A stretch of 64,000 nt of DNA. Origin: Candidatus Heimdallarchaeota archaeon (GTDB lineage: Archaea; Asgardarchaeota; Heimdallarchaeia; Hodarchaeales; Hodarchaeaceae). The notes beneath the pieces are model-generated. The model was given only the letters and a program-made list of their open reading frames with translations, had not been told where the DNA came from and did not search any database. Shown in pieces: positions 1 to 9,968 of the stretch (positions within the stretch are counted from its first letter, which is position 1; each line of letters starts with the position of its first letter). The position numbers and the translations under genes were made by a program. The DNA lies in NCBI GenBank assembly GCA_019057635.1, contig DXJL01000156.1, positions 1-64,000 on the forward strand. The letters are read 5' to 3'.

Positions 1-40
1 ATATGAAACACTTAATGGCTTTGATCCGAATAGATACATG

Positions 41-393
41 ATCTTTTTTGTCTTTTATGCCAATATTTCTCGTATTCGCTGACCGCTCTCTCTGACAATC
101 TCAAAAGTCCTCCCTCCCTTACTTCTTCAATCCCGAGGTGATGACAAAAAAATTTTTCTTAATTCTTAGGTCATATTTCCTTGTAACTACGTTAGACGAG
201 TTACCCGTCAAAGGCAAGAGAAGAATGGCCCAATCTGGTGGAAATTCATAAGTGTTTGGGAAATCGCAAGCAGATCTGATTCAAGTAGTCCCAATGGAAA
301 GCAAACATTCTCTTGTTGCTAACCTGCCAGATAGCGGTGTGTGACTCATCCTGTCCAGAACTATTTGCTAAATAGTTGTCTGACAAATATAGT
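41..393 (+). mobile_element. Non-autonomous, internally deleted (MITE-like) derivative of the TnpB element at 54330-55742
   Basis: Flanked by CATG at 37-40 and 394-397. 82-93 is an exact 12-mer match to revcomp 55650-55661. 183-215 matches revcomp 54946-54978 at 29/33. 282-397 closely matches revcomp 54326-54441. The segments are collinear. Confidence 0.85.
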
Positions 394-415
394 CATGAAG
401 ATTTTTCATAATCTT
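282..415 (+). ncRNA. Putative orphan omegaRNA (TnpB guide scaffold plus flanking guide)
   Basis: Homologous to the tnpB 3'-end/right-end region where omegaRNAs are encoded. The hairpin AACTATTT-GCT-AAATAGTT replaces AACTC-GTTTTCAA-GAGTT of the full element. Boundaries are approximate. Confidence 0.5.
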
Positions 416-728
416 ATGATACAATTAGGTGTAGAACCATATTCGGAAACTGATCTTTCTTCTGAGGATCCTTCAACCTATTGAAAAAACGATAGTCTTC
501 CTTTAGTGTAAATTAGGGCTAGTCTGCCATAAATTTCTTAGACTAAGTCTGAAATTTGAATAATTATTTATCGAAATAATCTCTTAATTATCTTACTTAC
601 AGAATATGTAGTAAATTACATTTATTAATGTCCATTAGAGAGAGAGGAATTGACGAATATCAGCTGTTAAGACGAGAAAAGCGTCAAAAATAGCTTTAGT
701 ATAAAACAAATCGTAGACGTGTATCACA

Positions 729-3173
729 ATGTCGAAAAGTAGAGAAGAAAAATCTATTCTGTGGTTTGATGAACTCAGAATAGAAGATGTGCCCTTAGTC
801 GGCGGAAAGAACGCATCACTGGGCGAAATGTATCATCATCTAACCAGTAAAGGAGTGAATATTCCTAATGGTTTTGCAATTACCGCAAGCGCTTACAGAC
901 ATCTCCTCCGAGATGCAGGGATCGAGGATGCGATCAAAGACGCTTTAGCTGGGTTGGACACTCATGATATCAGAAACCTCCAAAAAAGAGGAAGGAAAGT
1001 CCGTGAAATTATTCGTTATGCTAAATTACCCGCTGATCTCGAACAAGAAATCCGCAAAGCATATCAAGAATTATGTGAAAAATCAGGTCAGGAAAATGTG
1101 GATGTTGCAGTACGATCTAGTGCTACAGCTGAGGACCTTCCCGATGCTTCGTTCGCAGGTCAACAAGAAACTTATTTAAACGTCCGCGGTGAAGAATCTC
1201 TTTTAGATTCCTGTCGTTCATGTTTTGCAAGTTTATTTACTGATCGAGCAATCTCTTATCGTCAGGACAAAGGATTTGGTCATTTTGATGTTTACTTATC
1301 CATCGCCGTTCAGTTAATGATTCGCTCAGATTCGGCTTCTTCAGGAGTGATATTTTCCATCGATACCGAGTCAGGATTCGAACGAGCAGTCTTTATTACT
1401 GGAGCTTACGGACTTGGTGAAACTGTTGTCCAAGGTTCGGTGAATCCAGATGAATGGTATGTATTCAAACCAACATTGAAAGAAGGTAAGCGACCTATTG
1501 TTGGTAAACGATTGGGATCAAAGGAAATTATGATGGTTTACACCTCTGATAGCCGACGCCCAGTTAAAATAGTAGATACACCAGATTCAATGCGAAAAAC
1601 TTTCTGCGCATCGGATGACGAAGTTCTGAAGTTATCTGAATGGACTGTTATTATTGAAGAACACTACGGAAAAGCCATGGATATTGAATGGGCGAAAAAC
1701 GGTGATGGTGACTATGAGGGTGATGGTGAGCTTTATATTGTACAGGCACGACCTGAAACAGTTCACTCACAAAAGGCCACCAATGTCATAGAGACGTATG
1801 TACTGAAAGAAAGAAGCACAGAACTAGTACATGGTCAAGCGGTCGGCGCCAAGATAGGTCAAGGTGAAGTTAATGTCATTAAAACATCTGCTCGTATCCA
1901 TGAGTTCAAAAAAGGACAAGTTCTTGTTACGGATATGACAGACCCTGATTGGGAACCAATTATGAAGATTGCAGCAGCAATTATAACAAACCGCGGTGGA
2001 CGTACTTGTCACGCTGCTATTGTCTCACGTGAACTAGGTATTCCAGCAATTATTGGTACAGAAAACGCAACCAAAATTTTGAAAGATGGAATGAAAGTCA
2101 CAGCTTCCTGTGCAGAAGGACAAGATGGTATTGTTTTCGATGGGATTCTACCTTATGAAATCGATATCGTGGAACTTGATAATATTCCTGAAACACGTAC
2201 AAAAATCATGATGAACGTTGGTATCCCTGAAAAAGCCTTTGATCAAGCACAAATTCCAAATGACGGAGTAGGATTAGCCCGAGAAGAGTTTATCATCAAT
2301 TCATATATCGGTATTCATCCTCTTGCGTTAATTCACTACGAAGAACTCAAGGAAAAGGCTGAATCTGATCCTGAAATTCGCGAAATAATTACTAAAATTG
2401 ATGCAAAAACCAATGCCTATCCAGATAAAGAAGAATTCTTTATTGAGCAATTAGCAATGGGAATCGGCCGAATTGCAGCCGCATTCTATCCAAATGATGT
2501 CGTAGTCAGGATGTCGGACTTTAAAACAAACGAATACATCAATTTAATCGGTGGAATTTTGTATGAACCAACAGAATCGAATCCCATGATTGGATGGCGT
2601 GGTGCTTCACGTTATTATGATGAGACTTATGCACCAGCATATATCATGGAATGTAAAGCAATTAAACGAGTCCGTGATGATATGGGTTTGACGAACGTCA
2701 TAACAATGATTCCCTTCTGCCGTACCGTTGAAGAAGGAAAGAAAGTTATCGAAATAATGGCAAAAGCTGGATTGAAACAAGGTGAGAATGGACTAGAAGT
2801 CTATGTAATGGCTGAAGTTCCTTCAAACGTCATTCAAGCTGATGGTTTTGCTGAAGTTTTCGATGGATTTTCGATTGGAAGTAACGACTTGACACAATTA
2901 GCCCTTGGTCTTGATCGTGATTCTGAATTAGTTGCGCACATCTATGATGAACGAAATGAATCCGTAAAGAGATTAGTAAAATCGGTTATTGATGTTGCAA
3001 AAGCTCATAATCGGAAAATTGGTATTTGTGGACAAGCTCCTAGCGATTTTCCTGAATTTGCTACTTTCTTAGTCGAATGTGGAATTGACTCGATGAGTTT
3101 AAACCCTGATACAGTCGTTAAAACTAAACTCGATATTGCAAAAAAAGAGAAAGAATTAGGAATTCAACCATAA
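729..3173 (+). CDS. ppsA: Phosphoenolpyruvate synthase (pyruvate, water dikinase)
   Basis: VGGKNASLGEM, VAVRSSATAED, phospho-His motif GGRTCHAAIVSRELG, FSIGSNDLTQ, GICGQ; 814 aa. Confidence 0.97.
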   Translation: MSKSREEKSILWFDELRIEDVPLVGGKNASLGEMYHHLTSKGVNIPNGFAITASAYRHLLRDAGIEDAIKDALAGLDTHDIRNLQKRGRKVREIIRYAKLPADLEQEIRKAYQELCEKSGQENVDVAVRSSATAEDLPDASFAGQQETYLNVRGEESLLDSCRSCFASLFTDRAISYRQDKGFGHFDVYLSIAVQLMIRSDSASSGVIFSIDTESGFERAVFITGAYGLGETVVQGSVNPDEWYVFKPTLKEGKRPIVGKRLGSKEIMMVYTSDSRRPVKIVDTPDSMRKTFCASDDEVLKLSEWTVIIEEHYGKAMDIEWAKNGDGDYEGDGELYIVQARPETVHSQKATNVIETYVLKERSTELVHGQAVGAKIGQGEVNVIKTSARIHEFKKGQVLVTDMTDPDWEPIMKIAAAIITNRGGRTCHAAIVSRELGIPAIIGTENATKILKDGMKVTASCAEGQDGIVFDGILPYEIDIVELDNIPETRTKIMMNVGIPEKAFDQAQIPNDGVGLAREEFIINSYIGIHPLALIHYEELKEKAESDPEIREIITKIDAKTNAYPDKEEFFIEQLAMGIGRIAAAFYPNDVVVRMSDFKTNEYINLIGGILYEPTESNPMIGWRGASRYYDETYAPAYIMECKAIKRVRDDMGLTNVITMIPFCRTVEEGKKVIEIMAKAGLKQGENGLEVYVMAEVPSNVIQADGFAEVFDGFSIGSNDLTQLALGLDRDSELVAHIYDERNESVKRLVKSVIDVAKAHNRKIGICGQAPSDFPEFATFLVECGIDSMSLNPDTVVKTKLDIAKKEKELGIQP

Positions 3174-3274
3174 TTCCCCCTTTCTTCATTTTTTCTAATT
3201 TCGCTTAATAGAGTTCTTTTTGGGAGGGTAAACACCCTTTTTTACATTATCTATTGTAATAGAAACATTTGGAA

Positions 3275-4366
3275 TTATTCCAAATCAATTTCTGGATTTA
3301 AAAATGTTAAGAGATAAGGAGTAAGAGTATCCGAGTTTTTTACGATTAGCATTGAAATTCCTTCAATATTTCCGACTTCGAAAGGGATAAAATTAACATA
3401 TTTTGCTTTTTCCCCTTCTAGTTCAATTGTTAGATGATTTATTCCGAATGCTGTCGGATAGGAAATTGAAAATTGACCAGAATTTTCAGGAAGAGTTGCT
3501 TTCCCCAAACTTCCTTGAAACTTGGGGAGAAGATAGACCATTCGTTCTAGAGCCAAAATAAGTTCGCTATAACAGATTTCTATGCTTTTCAACGGAGATG
3601 GCATTTTACCATACGCAAATTGTGAGTAAAAGAGGGAGGATTTCCGATCTCGAAAGGTAGGTAAATCAATCAACGACGAAATTACACCAGAAGCCCGTGC
3701 AATAGGGCCTGCCAGATTAGTACTAACTATTTCGGAGTTGGAAAGAAAATTCATATTATTCAATGCTTTCTTAAGTTTAACTGAGTTCTCGATAATTTTT
3801 ATTATTCTTTTTACCATTCTTCTATGGCCATTTATTGATCGCATAAGTTTAGAGATTGTAGTATGGTCGAGCTGCTTTAAGGCAATTCCAGGTCTCATCA
3901 CACCAAAAGGAAATTGAGAGTCCCATAAATCCTCAAATGTATCTTGTACCGAAGTAACACCTTGATAAGCAGTTTTAGAGAGGTCTGTAATTGAAAAGAT
4001 ACTTGATATCTTTACAAAAATGTTGAAAATTAACAAAACTTTTTCCCAATTTAATAAAAATCCTCTGTACAAAGCCATTTTCTCAGATATAAATTGGCCC
4101 GTCAATTTTTCAATTGCTTCAGTTAGAAAAATTTGCCGAGAAAGAGCTACAAGTGGTTGATCCCTTTCCAAACTGGAAATGACATTCACGTAAGATTGAT
4201 TTTGTAATTGACTATTTAATGACTTTTGTTGAAGCCAAAAATCCTTTGAGCTGCCTGTAAGTGTTGCCTTTACCACTTCCGTGTATTTGCTTGCGGTAAC
4301 TTTGTATAAATCAAGAATTTCCTTTCGTCCTCGTTTGGCCTCTTGCATACCAATTGACTCTGACAC
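3275..4366 (-). CDS. Degenerate NuoD / group 4 [NiFe]-hydrogenase large-subunit-like protein lacking the Ni-binding cysteines
   Basis: AIEKLTG..SEKMALYRGFLLNWEKV and NLAGPIARASGV resemble NuoD/EchE segments. No CxxC at either end. Confidence 0.6.
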   Translation of the reverse strand: MSESIGMQEAKRGRKEILDLYKVTASKYTEVVKATLTGSSKDFWLQQKSLNSQLQNQSYVNVISSLERDQPLVALSRQIFLTEAIEKLTGQFISEKMALYRGFLLNWEKVLLIFNIFVKISSIFSITDLSKTAYQGVTSVQDTFEDLWDSQFPFGVMRPGIALKQLDHTTISKLMRSINGHRRMVKRIIKIIENSVKLKKALNNMNFLSNSEIVSTNLAGPIARASGVISSLIDLPTFRDRKSSLFYSQFAYGKMPSPLKSIEICYSELILALERMVYLLPKFQGSLGKATLPENSGQFSISYPTAFGINHLTIELEGEKAKYVNFIPFEVGNIEGISMLIVKNSDTLTPYLLTFLNPEIDLE

Positions 4367-4485
4367 TCCATTTTATAAAGTTCAGCTTCACTTCATCGAT
4401 ATATTGTACGGCAAATTTATCTATACAAGAGCGAAATTGTCGCTGCGATAGTTATTCATTTATTATCGAATTCAGAGGTGACAAT

Positions 4486-6585
4486 GTGGGTCTAAAGCCA
4501 GAACGTATGAGTATTGCCAAAATTACAGTTGATCACGCAGCAGGCCGATCTTTTCTGAGTAATATTGGGGCTAAACTTGAGCTAGAATTAATTGATTTAG
4601 TAAAGACAATTAGTATTGAACCCAACCCCCCAACTAAGAAAGAATCCAAAACAATAGCATTATTAGAAGAATTTTCGCGCCTTACCGATTTAATTGATTC
4701 ATTATCACTTACAAATAAACGCCAGAAGATTGATCTTGAGCGAGATGAGCTGGAGGAGATAAATTTCGAGGCCGAAAAATTATTCGACCGAACTGGACAT
4801 ATTGTTGCCGAAGTTGAAAAACTTCAAGCTCAGAAACAAAATTTAAGCGTGGTTCGTACAGCAGTTCAATCCCTCGATGCATTACAGGGATTAGATATTC
4901 ACGATGTGCAAGATTTTGGAACTGGTACCCATTTTTATGCTGTTCTTGGTTTTCTTAAGGGAATTCACAGTTTTCGCTTAGAAATGGCTCTCGATCAGCT
5001 AACTGGTGGAGAATTCATCTATAAGCCTATCAGTTCAGATAAAACTAAAAATATTTGCTTGATTGGAGTTATGAAGCGATTTAGTGGTCCTTTGGATCGT
5101 CTTCTTAGTGGACTTGGGTTTGAACCAATCACTATTCCCCCGAAAATTGTTGGTCCACCTGAAGAAGCAAAGAAAAAGGCGAACGCTCTACTAGAGCACC
5201 TAGAATTAGATTATGTAACTCTTAAAGAGAAAATTAATTCTGAATTAGGGAATGAAATAAATAATATTCGAGCTATGACAGAACAGCTTGAGATTGAATC
5301 TACTCGAATTTCTCTTCTCCAGCGAAGTCAGTTAAAGAATGAGAAGTACATAATTTGGGCTTGGATTCCCAAAAGACAGATTAAATCACTTAAGCGGATG
5401 ACGGCTAAAATCGATTCTAGCATAACTTTGAATATCATTGCAAAGCCTAAGCTTCAAAGTGAGGAATTTCCTTCATCTATCCATAACAATATATATTCTC
5501 GCAATTATGAGGATCTAATTCATGGATTTGGAACCCCTGGATACAACGAATGGGATCCTACCAAGGTACTTAGCATTTTAATGCCCATTTTCTTTGGTAT
5601 TATGTTCGGAGATGTAGTAGATGGATTTATTGTTTTTCTAATTGGATTATATGGGTTATCATTGAGTAAAGAGAAGTACTCCACAAATTCAATGCTTTCA
5701 GAGCTTCAAACATACTTCGATAAAGGAGGGCCTATCTTAGTTACCTTTGGATTAACAGCAATGGTTTTTGGGTTTTTGTTTGGCAGTTTTCGTGGGTTAG
5801 GCGGGGAACACGCCCATCATCTCGGCCTTGAACCCTTGTGGTTTAGTCCAGAGGCTGAAGGAGGCCAGTTCGCATTATTGGAATTTGCGATCGTGCTAGG
5901 TATACTAGTAATTTCTCTTGCTTTGTTTATGCAGTTCATCAACCTGTTATCACACGACAAATGGGAAGCCATTTTTCTACCTGGGATGTTCTTAGTATTT
6001 TACATTTCACTTTCATTTTTGCTCTTTGCTTACGGTCCCGATCCAATGAAGTGGATTTCGGAAACTACTGGAAGTGTTGACTTACTCGCGTTACAAGAAA
6101 AAACTGCTCATAGTTTAATTGGTCATAATTTAGGTCTTGATTGGGTTGCTGACATGGGTATACCTGTGTTTGCTATTGGCCCTGTTAGTTATCCCATGTT
6201 CTTTTTACTCGTTTCATTTCTTTTAACGACAATATATCATTTCAAACATGGTATGGATGGCATGAGTGAATGGTTAGATTACACAATTACAATGATTTCG
6301 AATACAATATCATTTGCGAGGATATTCGCTTATAATATGGTTCATGGGTCATTATCCTTAGTTTTCATTCAAATTCTCGCTGGTAGCGGAGAAGGTTGGG
6401 CGGATGTATTACCAGGAATGATTATAGGAGCTCCAGTTGTTATCGGTTTAGAGTTACTCGTTTCATTCTTACAGTCCTTACGTCTCTGTTGGGTAGAATT
6501 TTTCGGAAAACTAGGTTATCAAGGAACTGGGCGTAAATTTATTCCATTTAAAGAAAACCGTTGGTTTACAGCAATTACAGGCTAA
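4486..6585 (+). CDS. atpI: A/V-type ATP synthase subunit I (a)
   Basis: P..Y.E.DPT, FFGIMFGD, essential Arg in SNTISFARI, LQSLRLCWVEFFGK. Start reassigned to GTG 4486, after a GAGGTGA RBS. Confidence 0.92.
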   Translation: MGLKPERMSIAKITVDHAAGRSFLSNIGAKLELELIDLVKTISIEPNPPTKKESKTIALLEEFSRLTDLIDSLSLTNKRQKIDLERDELEEINFEAEKLFDRTGHIVAEVEKLQAQKQNLSVVRTAVQSLDALQGLDIHDVQDFGTGTHFYAVLGFLKGIHSFRLEMALDQLTGGEFIYKPISSDKTKNICLIGVMKRFSGPLDRLLSGLGFEPITIPPKIVGPPEEAKKKANALLEHLELDYVTLKEKINSELGNEINNIRAMTEQLEIESTRISLLQRSQLKNEKYIIWAWIPKRQIKSLKRMTAKIDSSITLNIIAKPKLQSEEFPSSIHNNIYSRNYEDLIHGFGTPGYNEWDPTKVLSILMPIFFGIMFGDVVDGFIVFLIGLYGLSLSKEKYSTNSMLSELQTYFDKGGPILVTFGLTAMVFGFLFGSFRGLGGEHAHHLGLEPLWFSPEAEGGQFALLEFAIVLGILVISLALFMQFINLLSHDKWEAIFLPGMFLVFYISLSFLLFAYGPDPMKWISETTGSVDLLALQEKTAHSLIGHNLGLDWVADMGIPVFAIGPVSYPMFFLLVSFLLTTIYHFKHGMDGMSEWLDYTITMISNTISFARIFAYNMVHGSLSLVFIQILAGSGEGWADVLPGMIIGAPVVIGLELLVSFLQSLRLCWVEFFGKLGYQGTGRKFIPFKENRWFTAITG

Positions 6586-6586
6586 A

Positions 6587-7702
6587 ATGACTACGATTAA
6601 ACATAATCAGGAATATGAAATTATGGCTTTTCATCAGATCCGTGAAGCAAAGGACTATTCTTTTATTAACGCAAGGATCAAAGCACGTCGAAGCCAGCTC
6701 CTAACAACAAGTGATTATGAGCACATTCTAGATATTTCTTTAGAAGATGGAATTTCTGTTTTACTCGAACATCCCCGCTATCATGATGCACTCCGAGAAA
6801 TGTCTTCTCAGTCGAGTCCACCCTCCCTAATGATAGAAAAATCATTAACTGACTCGCTTCAGGTTGAAATTCATTCCCTAATGAAGAATCTTCCTAATAC
6901 GGATCAAGATTTTTTATCATTCTATTTGAAGAAAAATTCTCTTAAAATAATTGAAGACATTCTTTTTAAATTACATAACTCGGATAGTAAACCTTTAGAT
7001 TTAGCAAATCGCTATATTTCCTCTCCCGAAGAACGTGTAGAACTAATCCAAGCCACACAAGTCACCTCAATTGAAGAGTTAGCAGAAACAGTGACAGAAA
7101 ACTGGTTACGGAAAGCTATTTTATCCTCGCTTGATATATACAATGAAACAAAGGATATTTTAGAAATTGTTTATAGAATAGAGCGCGCGTTCTATGAAGA
7201 ATTGGTGAAAGTAAAAATTCCAAATCTCAAGAGAATGAGCAAAACTATAGCGGAGAAAGTTTTAGGTATAGAAATAGACCTGAATAATATTAACATTGTT
7301 CTTAGACAAAAAGCAATGAAAAAAATTGGTTCTTCAATCGAATCCTTAGTTATACCCCTTCACTACCGTTTAAAAGCGGATTTTGATGATTTACTAAATG
7401 CTTCGTCACTCACAAGCGCATTCTCGATATTAGAATCAACCTATTACGTTGATTTTACCCGAAAGGTTCATAATAGCTACATCATGAAAAAATCGATCGA
7501 AATGTTAGAACAAATACAACAAGAATATTTCTTACGATCGCTAACAAGTATTATGGCTGGTTATCCCTTCCATTTGGGTATTCTACTAGGTTATTATCAC
7601 TATCGGAAACAAGAAGTTGAAAATCTACGTATTATCTTTGAGTCAAAAATTAAAGAGGTAGACATTGAATTTACACGAAATTTACTCATTTACAGTATAT
7701 GA
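6587..7702 (+). CDS. atpC: A/V-type ATP synthase subunit C (d/AC39)
   Basis: DYSFINARIKARRSQLL, EIDLNNI, EVENLRII; lies between subunits I and K. Confidence 0.88.
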   Translation: MTTIKHNQEYEIMAFHQIREAKDYSFINARIKARRSQLLTTSDYEHILDISLEDGISVLLEHPRYHDALREMSSQSSPPSLMIEKSLTDSLQVEIHSLMKNLPNTDQDFLSFYLKKNSLKIIEDILFKLHNSDSKPLDLANRYISSPEERVELIQATQVTSIEELAETVTENWLRKAILSSLDIYNETKDILEIVYRIERAFYEELVKVKIPNLKRMSKTIAEKVLGIEIDLNNINIVLRQKAMKKIGSSIESLVIPLHYRLKADFDDLLNASSLTSAFSILESTYYVDFTRKVHNSYIMKKSIEMLEQIQQEYFLRSLTSIMAGYPFHLGILLGYYHYRKQEVENLRIIFESKIKEVDIEFTRNLLIYSI

Positions 7703-7768
7703 TGCTAGCAAAATGATTCACAGAATCTAATAGAAAATTTAAAATGAATAATCAAAAAGTGAAAAAAC

Positions 7769-8128
7769 ATGAACACAACACAATTAAAACAGATATTTAA
7801 GGTACAATTCGTAGTAGGCACATTAGTATTAGTCTTACTAATCCTTACGATCTCTGTCTCTTCGATTGTTGCCAGTCCAGAATCAGCACAATCAGTTGCT
7901 CAAGTGGATTCCAACTGGGGATTGGGATTAGGAGCAGGTATCGCTATTGGTTTGGCAGGATTAGGAGCAGGACTTGGGCTTGGATCAGCAAGCTCTGCAG
8001 CAATTGGCGCCATTTCAGAAAGGCCAGAAGTATTCGGAAGAACGATCATTTTCATTGCGTTCATAGAAGGAATAGGTGTATTCGGGTTCGTTATAGCATT
8101 CCTACTTTACCTATCATTAGGTGGATAG
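7769..8128 (+). CDS. atpK: A/V-type ATP synthase proteolipid subunit K (c) with an N-terminal hydrophobic extension
   Basis: Gly-rich helix GLAGLGAGLGLG, ERPE loop, ion-binding Glu in FIEGIGVFG. Confidence 0.93.
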   Translation: MNTTQLKQIFKVQFVVGTLVLVLLILTISVSSIVASPESAQSVAQVDSNWGLGLGAGIAIGLAGLGAGLGLGSASSAAIGAISERPEVFGRTIIFIAFIEGIGVFGFVIAFLLYLSLGG

Positions 8129-8302
8129 GTATAACTAGATTGATTACGTAATCTTATTAATCGATCTTTGCCTTTAAATCAGATTAAATCGTTTAATGAA
8201 GGGAAAAGATTTTTCCCTACATAAAACAGTTTACTTCAAAAATTGAAACGCAAAGATCTAAAATTCCCCTATCCTTGTAATAAATCCAGTGTAAAATTAG
8301 TT

Positions 8303-8608
8303 CTACATTTCTTCAGCTTTTCCACTTTCAAGAATCAAGTCACTAAGTGTTTTCTGTTGTTTTGAAGCTAATAGAGCATCTTTTTTTGTTTGATATTGTA
8401 CAACTAGATATATTTCTATAATAGCAATGATAAAGAAAACAAGGATTGTTAAAATTAGAACAAATTCACTTACGGGGGATTCGAAAGATTCTGAAAGTAG
8501 ACTCCCGATGTAAACGCCGAGAATAACCATAATGGGTAAATTGAAAGCCGAAGCAGCAACATTGGCGGGAGTACCTAACTGTCGTCTTCTTCTCTGTTTA
8601 ATTGTCAT
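8303..8608 (-). CDS. Small two-TM membrane protein, possibly AtpZ/AtpI-like
   Basis: Two hydrophobic helices with the pattern P...LG..IG.LL...F..P; last gene of the molybdoenzyme operon. Confidence 0.45.
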   Translation of the reverse strand: MTIKQRRRRQLGTPANVAASAFNLPIMVILGVYIGSLLSESFESPVSEFVLILTILVFFIIAIIEIYLVVQYQTKKDALLASKQQKTLSDLILESGKAEEM

Positions 8609-8613
8609 ACAAA

Positions 8614-9105
8614 TCAGCTAAATTTCTTCTCATTCACTTCAAAAATACTCTCTATGATTTGCTTATACCCTGTACAACGACAAATAATTCCATTTATCAT
8701 CTCTTGAATCTCTGCAAAAGTGAATCGCTGCTGTTGGGTAAGAATATAATAACCCATTATTAGAAATGCGCCTGTGCAAAATCCACATTGAACTGCACCG
8801 TGCTGTATAAAAGCATTTTGCAAATTAATTGCGTGTTCTATCATAGAAATTCCTTCCACTGTGATGACATCGCAGTTCATTGCTTCTTGGGCTAGAACTA
8901 AACATGATTTAACTGGTTTATCGTCAAGAAGAACTGTACAAATGCCACAATCTCCAGCCCAACAGGCAGCTTTGACTGATTTCACCTGAAACTGATTTCG
9001 AAGCACATCTAATAATGTCTCATTGGAGGTGATATTCGTAAGTCGTTTCTGGCCATTCAATGTGAGAGAAAGTGTTTTCATTCCTAGAGTCTCCTCTTTA
9101 ATCAT
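8614..9105 (-). CDS. Xanthine dehydrogenase family 2Fe-2S small subunit (CoxS/XdhC-like)
   Basis: CWAGDCGICTV, QCGFCT, CRCTGY. Confidence 0.93.
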   Translation of the reverse strand: MIKEETLGMKTLSLTLNGQKRLTNITSNETLLDVLRNQFQVKSVKAACWAGDCGICTVLLDDKPVKSCLVLAQEAMNCDVITVEGISMIEHAINLQNAFIQHGAVQCGFCTGAFLIMGYYILTQQQRFTFAEIQEMINGIICRCTGYKQIIESIFEVNEKKFS

Positions 9106-9968
9106 TCTAATACCTCCTTGAGTATAGTTCTAGTAATCATTTCAGCCATGTGCATTCTATATTTCTTACTGGCACGTATATCGTCAATTGGTCTCAAAAT
9201 TGGAGTAATTATATCCCATATATCTCTGAATTTTGCTTCATCAAGTTCCTTTTTCTCTCGGACAATATTATCGGTTATATCGATCAATAAAGGAGTTGGA
9301 GCCATGGCGGTATAAGATAAGCACGTCTTTTTTTCATTGTGAAAGCAAGCTACGCCAACTAGCGCTAAATCTTCTGAACTTCGCTTCATCTTCTTAAAAG
9401 AGGATCTTGATCCCTTCTTAGGACGCGGTATACTAATGGAAGTAATAATTTCATCTGAAGATAAAAGATTACGTTTTACACCAGTAAAAAACTGATTGAT
9501 TGGGACTGTCCTTTGCCCCTTTGCTAAAGATGAAATATTGATTTGTGCATCTAAAACGTAAAGAGAAGCTGCAGAATCAGCTGCAGGTGACGATGTACCA
9601 ATATTTCCACCAATAGTAGCCCGATATCGAAGAATTTCATCCGCTAAATCTGCCAAGGATTGATATAATGCGAGATATTCCTCTTTTATAATTGGGATTG
9701 TAAGAACTTCTATAATAGGTGTGACAGCACCAATTTTAAGTTCTTGTTCCGTTATCCTTATAGTTTGAAGTTCTGGTATCATTTTCAGATTAATAACAAC
9801 TTTTGGTTGAATTAATCGATGACGTAGTTCGATTAATAGATCTGTTCCCCCTGCAAGTAATTGTGCTTCATTTTTATACTGATCAAGAAGCTCTAAAGCT
9901 TCTTTTAATGATGAAGGAGTAATTAAATTAAATTTTGGAAGACTTGAGTATGAAATGATGTTCTTCAT
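9102..9968 (-). CDS. Xanthine dehydrogenase family FAD-binding subunit (CoxM-like)
   Basis: LAGGTDL, RATIGGN, DDIRASKKYR. Confidence 0.93.
   Translation of the reverse strand: MKNIISYSSLPKFNLITPSSLKEALELLDQYKNEAQLLAGGTDLLIELRHRLIQPKVVINLKMIPELQTIRITEQELKIGAVTPIIEVLTIPIIKEEYLALYQSLADLADEILRYRATIGGNIGTSSPAADSAASLYVLDAQINISSLAKGQRTVPINQFFTGVKRNLLSSDEIITSISIPRPKKGSRSSFKKMKRSSEDLALVGVACFHNEKKTCLSYTAMAPTPLLIDITDNIVREKKELDEAKFRDIWDIITPILRPIDDIRASKKYRMHMAEMITRTILKEVLE

Larger units (their letters stand above)
2..484 (+). pseudogene. 3' end of an unidentified gene entering from the window edge, interrupted by an inserted element at CATG
   Basis: Removing 41-397 (element plus one CATG) joins 2-40 to 398-484 as one open frame, YETLNGFDPNRYMKIFHNLMIQLGVEPYSETDLSSEDPSTY*. 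With the element present the frame stops at 80-82. Confidence 0.6.

Noticed and set aside
41-393. Self-splicing IStron that would restore the host gene
   Set aside because: No recognisable group I intron core; the homologous segments are explained by a deleted TnpB element.
4354-4485. N-terminal extension of ATPase subunit I in the ORF track
   Set aside because: It overlaps the divergent gene. An RBS plus GTG at 4486 gives a typical subunit I N-terminus.
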